DNA of 64,000 nucleotides from a marine bacterium AO1-C (GTDB taxonomy: Bacteria > Bacteroidota > Bacteroidia > Cytophagales > Microscillaceae). Both the position numbers and the translations under genes were made by a program. The DNA is taken from NCBI GenBank assembly GCA_001890965.1, contig MLAY01000008.1:488341-552340 (forward strand), read 5' to 3'. Position 1 is the first letter of the stretch; the number at the start of each line of letters is the position of its first letter. The notes beneath the pieces were generated by a model. It was not told where the DNA came from. It did no database searches and saw only the letters and a program-made list of their open reading frames with translations. Below, piece by piece: positions 61,456 to 64,000 of this stretch.

Positions 61456-62805
61456 CTAGTAGTCGTCGTCCAAAGTAAGCTGCTCGGCATCCATCCAAAT
61501 GCCGATAATGTCTAGTATTTCTTGAGAAGGCGGCTCGTTGTTTTTGGCTTTGACTTGCAAAACCAGATGATCGGTCATGCCTACCTCAATGGTTACCAAC
61601 CGCTTGGGCTTATGGTATTGTCGCGATTTCAACGTCATCATAAAAATGGAGCTGTCACCCTCGATGCATTCTTCCACATAAGTAGCCACACAGTGATTCA
61701 TCGCTTTGCCTTCTTCTTTCAGCTCAAAGTTGGATACCAACTGAGTAATACTGTAGGTTTCCAAACGCCCCCCTCGTTGGGTAACGTGCTTAAAGTCTCG
61801 AATTGGAACCGCTCTCCATTGGATGAATTCGTCTTCTCCCAGTTTGTTGAGCAATTCACGCTCTCGATCCAATTCCTCCTGCCATTTTTCCACTGACTTG
61901 TTCAGCGAATCCATCGTACGCCCCTTGATCCTCAATTGAGGTTTGGGCGGTGGCAACATTTCCCATTTACCTTCTCGATTTCGGGTACGACGCGGAAGAA
62001 ATTTTTGGTGATAGATGTACTCTACTACCTTGTTCATATCTTCAGCTTCGAACCCTTTATTTTCGGTAAAAAATTGTAAAACTGTAGACCAGAAATCCTT
62101 GTGTTCCAGCATTCTGGCTACCGAAGTTACATCCAAGTCATCTACCAGCTGTTCGGTTCCTCCCATTCCCATAATTTGCGCATAACGCAATGCCTTTTGG
62201 ATGGTATAATCCTCAGGCGCTATCGTAAAATAGTGCGCCATTCTTTTGGTAAGTTCAATAGGCAAACCAGGGGCAGTACGAATGTTCAGCCCACTTCCCA
62301 AATGGATAAACCAGCGAATGTATCGTTCGTTGAGTTCATCCCAGGCCTGATTCATGAACTTAGGCACCGGAAACTTTGCAAACAAGTAGTGAATGAGGTC
62401 CAGTGCCAATTCTTCGCTATCGCAAGTGTTTTCATCTGGCATCCACCCTTTGGGGTCACGTGCCCATTGTGGCGCATAGTGAAAAACGTAGCGTAGCGTT
62501 TTGGCTTCCTCGTACACCAAAGTGTAATCTTTACGGGCAATGTCTTTCAAAAACTGACTAAATCCTTCTCGTTTGCCTCGGGTGTAGTGCCACTTATTTT
62601 GTAAAACCTCCCCTACTTCCCGGAAATGAGAGTACTGAGGTAGCTCTTTTACCGGAACCTTTCTGCGAAACAAGGCTTCTATCATTTTAGAAGGCTTGCG
62701 ATGTAACTTTTCAATTTTGGCTTCTCTTTGCTCCTTTCGGAGTCTTTTTTCTTGTGCGGCTTGTTCGGCCTCGTAGTGTCGTAGTGTTGTGCGAATATTA
62801 GCCAT
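61456..62805 (-). CDS. Uncharacterised protein, member 4 of the four-gene paralog family
   Basis: WARDPKGWMPD, FMNQAWDELNERYIRWFIHLGSGLNIRTAPGL, YAQIMGMGGT and AMNHCVATYVEECIEGDSSIFMM. Confidence 0.6.
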   Translation of the reverse strand: MANIRTTLRHYEAEQAAQEKRLRKEQREAKIEKLHRKPSKMIEALFRRKVPVKELPQYSHFREVGEVLQNKWHYTRGKREGFSQFLKDIARKDYTLVYEEAKTLRYVFHYAPQWARDPKGWMPDENTCDSEELALDLIHYLFAKFPVPKFMNQAWDELNERYIRWFIHLGSGLNIRTAPGLPIELTKRMAHYFTIAPEDYTIQKALRYAQIMGMGGTEQLVDDLDVTSVARMLEHKDFWSTVLQFFTENKGFEAEDMNKVVEYIYHQKFLPRRTRNREGKWEMLPPPKPQLRIKGRTMDSLNKSVEKWQEELDRERELLNKLGEDEFIQWRAVPIRDFKHVTQRGGRLETYSITQLVSNFELKEEGKAMNHCVATYVEECIEGDSSIFMMTLKSRQYHKPKRLVTIEVGMTDHLVLQVKAKNNEPPSQEILDIIGIWMDAEQLTLDDDY

Positions 62806-63131
62806 TGTGATGCTTCATTGGGAGATGGGTTTACTTTTTACTCACTTCATGGAAAATTTTCCCATCTCCCGAAAATTTTCACGAAGTACCTAAAGAGGGC
62901 GTCACATCTGACTGACTACCGTAGCAGCAGACAACAAGGGAATACTTATTCGTATAACTACGAATAAAATAATCCTGCTCGTTCGCTGGGCCTTTTTGCC
63001 CGCTTTGCGCCGAACAGGTCTCGGCGTTGCCATGAATCATAAAATATTTGTGTTTTTAAAGGGTATTTGTTTGGGAAGCAGCAACCATTGTTACCGCGTT
63101 TTTCACCCAGAAAATTAGGGGTAGGCAAAAA

Positions 63132-63590
63132 CTATTTGCTCTTGCCTATTTTTTGCAATTGAGCAAGCATGATGTCTTGTTCCCGTTCCATATTCGCGAG
63201 CAAGTGATCTTTCAATAAGGTCACCATTTCTTCGAATGATTGTCTGCGGGTAAATTTCTCAACTACTTGCTTGGTATGGGCATCTATCAACAAGATAAAC
63301 CCCGTACCCGCGTGCTTTTTCACGCTACGCTCTACGCCAAGGGCGGTTGTGAGTAGATCGGATTGGTACTGAGAGGTTCGGTTGGTGAAGTTTAAATCCA
63401 CAAATAAAACTTCTCGGCCGTCAAAGCGATTTTTCAAGTCATTGAAAACGGGTACCATCACTTTACTCGCTGCACACCAGTCAGCGTGTCGTTTTACAAC
63501 TAATAATCTGGCAGCAAATCTAGGCTTGCTAGGTTTTTTCACCACACTAGTTTGCTGAGGCTTTTTAGAGGTGGTAAATAGACTAAACAT
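63132..63590 (-). CDS. Hypothetical protein, possibly thioredoxin-like fold
   Basis: HADWCAASK resembles a WCxxC/S redox motif context. Otherwise unassigned. Confidence 0.3.
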   Translation of the reverse strand: MFSLFTTSKKPQQTSVVKKPSKPRFAARLLVVKRHADWCAASKVMVPVFNDLKNRFDGREVLFVDLNFTNRTSQYQSDLLTTALGVERSVKKHAGTGFILLIDAHTKQVVEKFTRRQSFEEMVTLLKDHLLANMEREQDIMLAQLQKIGKSK

Positions 63591-63858
63591 TACGGTTGTG
63601 TTGTGTTAATTGAATTAAATTGTGTGAGGGAGTAAGTAAAGAATAACATACCCATCTTTGAGCGGCGCTTTCATCTGTATATTTCGTTATTTTTATTACC
63701 CATAGCGCTGCTATAAGTGCAAAAAATCCCTCATCTCCAATCAAAATTGCTCACTCTAAATGGGAGACTATTATGTATTTCCTCCCAGAATTTTGAATTT
63801 AGTGTTATTTCTTTCCCCTTGCGGGTGTTCGTAGCTTGATCTATTATGCGGCAAAGGC

Positions 63859-63891
63859 ATAAAAAAACCCGAACCTTGTGGGGTTCGGGTT
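63859..63891 (-). terminator. Strong rho-independent terminator on the minus strand at the window edge
   Basis: aacccgaacc-(ttgtg)-ggttcgggtt with a 7-A run on the + strand side, which is a U-run after the hairpin on the minus strand. Presumably terminates a gene lying beyond 64000. Confidence 0.6.
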
Positions 63892-64000
63892 ACCTTTATA
63901 TCTTGGAATAATTATATATCAATCCAGATAGGATGTATAGGTATACCCGTTCCCTTACTCATAAAAATCAAACCACATCTCTGTGAGTTTGGTGCGACTT

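Noticed and set aside
62806-63131. Weak hairpin aggcaa...ttgcct after the 63132..63590 gene, as a possible terminator.
   Set aside because: The stem is only 6 bp with a large loop, so it is not convincing.
1-64000. tRNA/rRNA genes, CRISPR arrays, and transposases, integrases or IS elements.
   Set aside because: I found no tRNA-like T-arm/acceptor pattern, no regularly spaced direct-repeat array, and no ORF with transposase or integrase motifs. The only repeats are the 77-bp regulatory duplicate and the intragenic 21-nt tandem repeat.

Overview
This is a chromosomal segment of about 40% GC from a Bacteroidetes genome, judged Cytophagia/Flexibacter-like from T9SS sorting domains, TonB/BlaR1 fusions, GG-leader peptides and TAnnTTTG-type promoters. 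Most of it is housekeeping: the 3' end of an H+-pyrophosphatase gene, MscS, an HtpX-like M48 peptidase, a Fur-family regulator, an MDR dehydrogenase, thiL, polyprenyl synthase, rhomboid, the acpP-fabF-rnc cluster, pyruvate kinase, ohr-ohrR, an ECF sigma/anti-sigma pair, proline dehydrogenase, a GMC oxidoreductase, a PhoD phosphatase with a T9SS C-terminal domain, and an SDR. Accessory content sits between these and is listed in the findings, in order of decreasing interest:
- A bacterial major vault protein (MVP) homolog, flanked by a DUF4157-type HExxH protein and a small C-terminal-TM-anchored protein, is the strongest candidate for an undescribed system.
- Four tandem, strongly diverged paralogs of an uncharacterised family carry a conserved H-C-V...S-I-W/F motif, each with its own intergenic spacer; this is the second candidate.
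- Two tandem GG-leader precursor peptides lie next to an AraC regulator and a duplicated ~77-bp element containing 21-bp-spaced direct repeats.
- A 1142-aa caspase-like protein has a degenerate alpha/beta-hydrolase C-terminus.
- Three tandem membrane proteins carry J-domain-like N-termini that lack the HPD motif.
- A BlaI/BlaR1-TonB module is preceded by an operator-like inverted-repeat array.
- Three tandem small outer-membrane beta-barrel paralogs.
I found no tRNA, rRNA, CRISPR array, transposase or integrase. All family assignments rest on motifs read by eye from the translations and have not been searched against databases.
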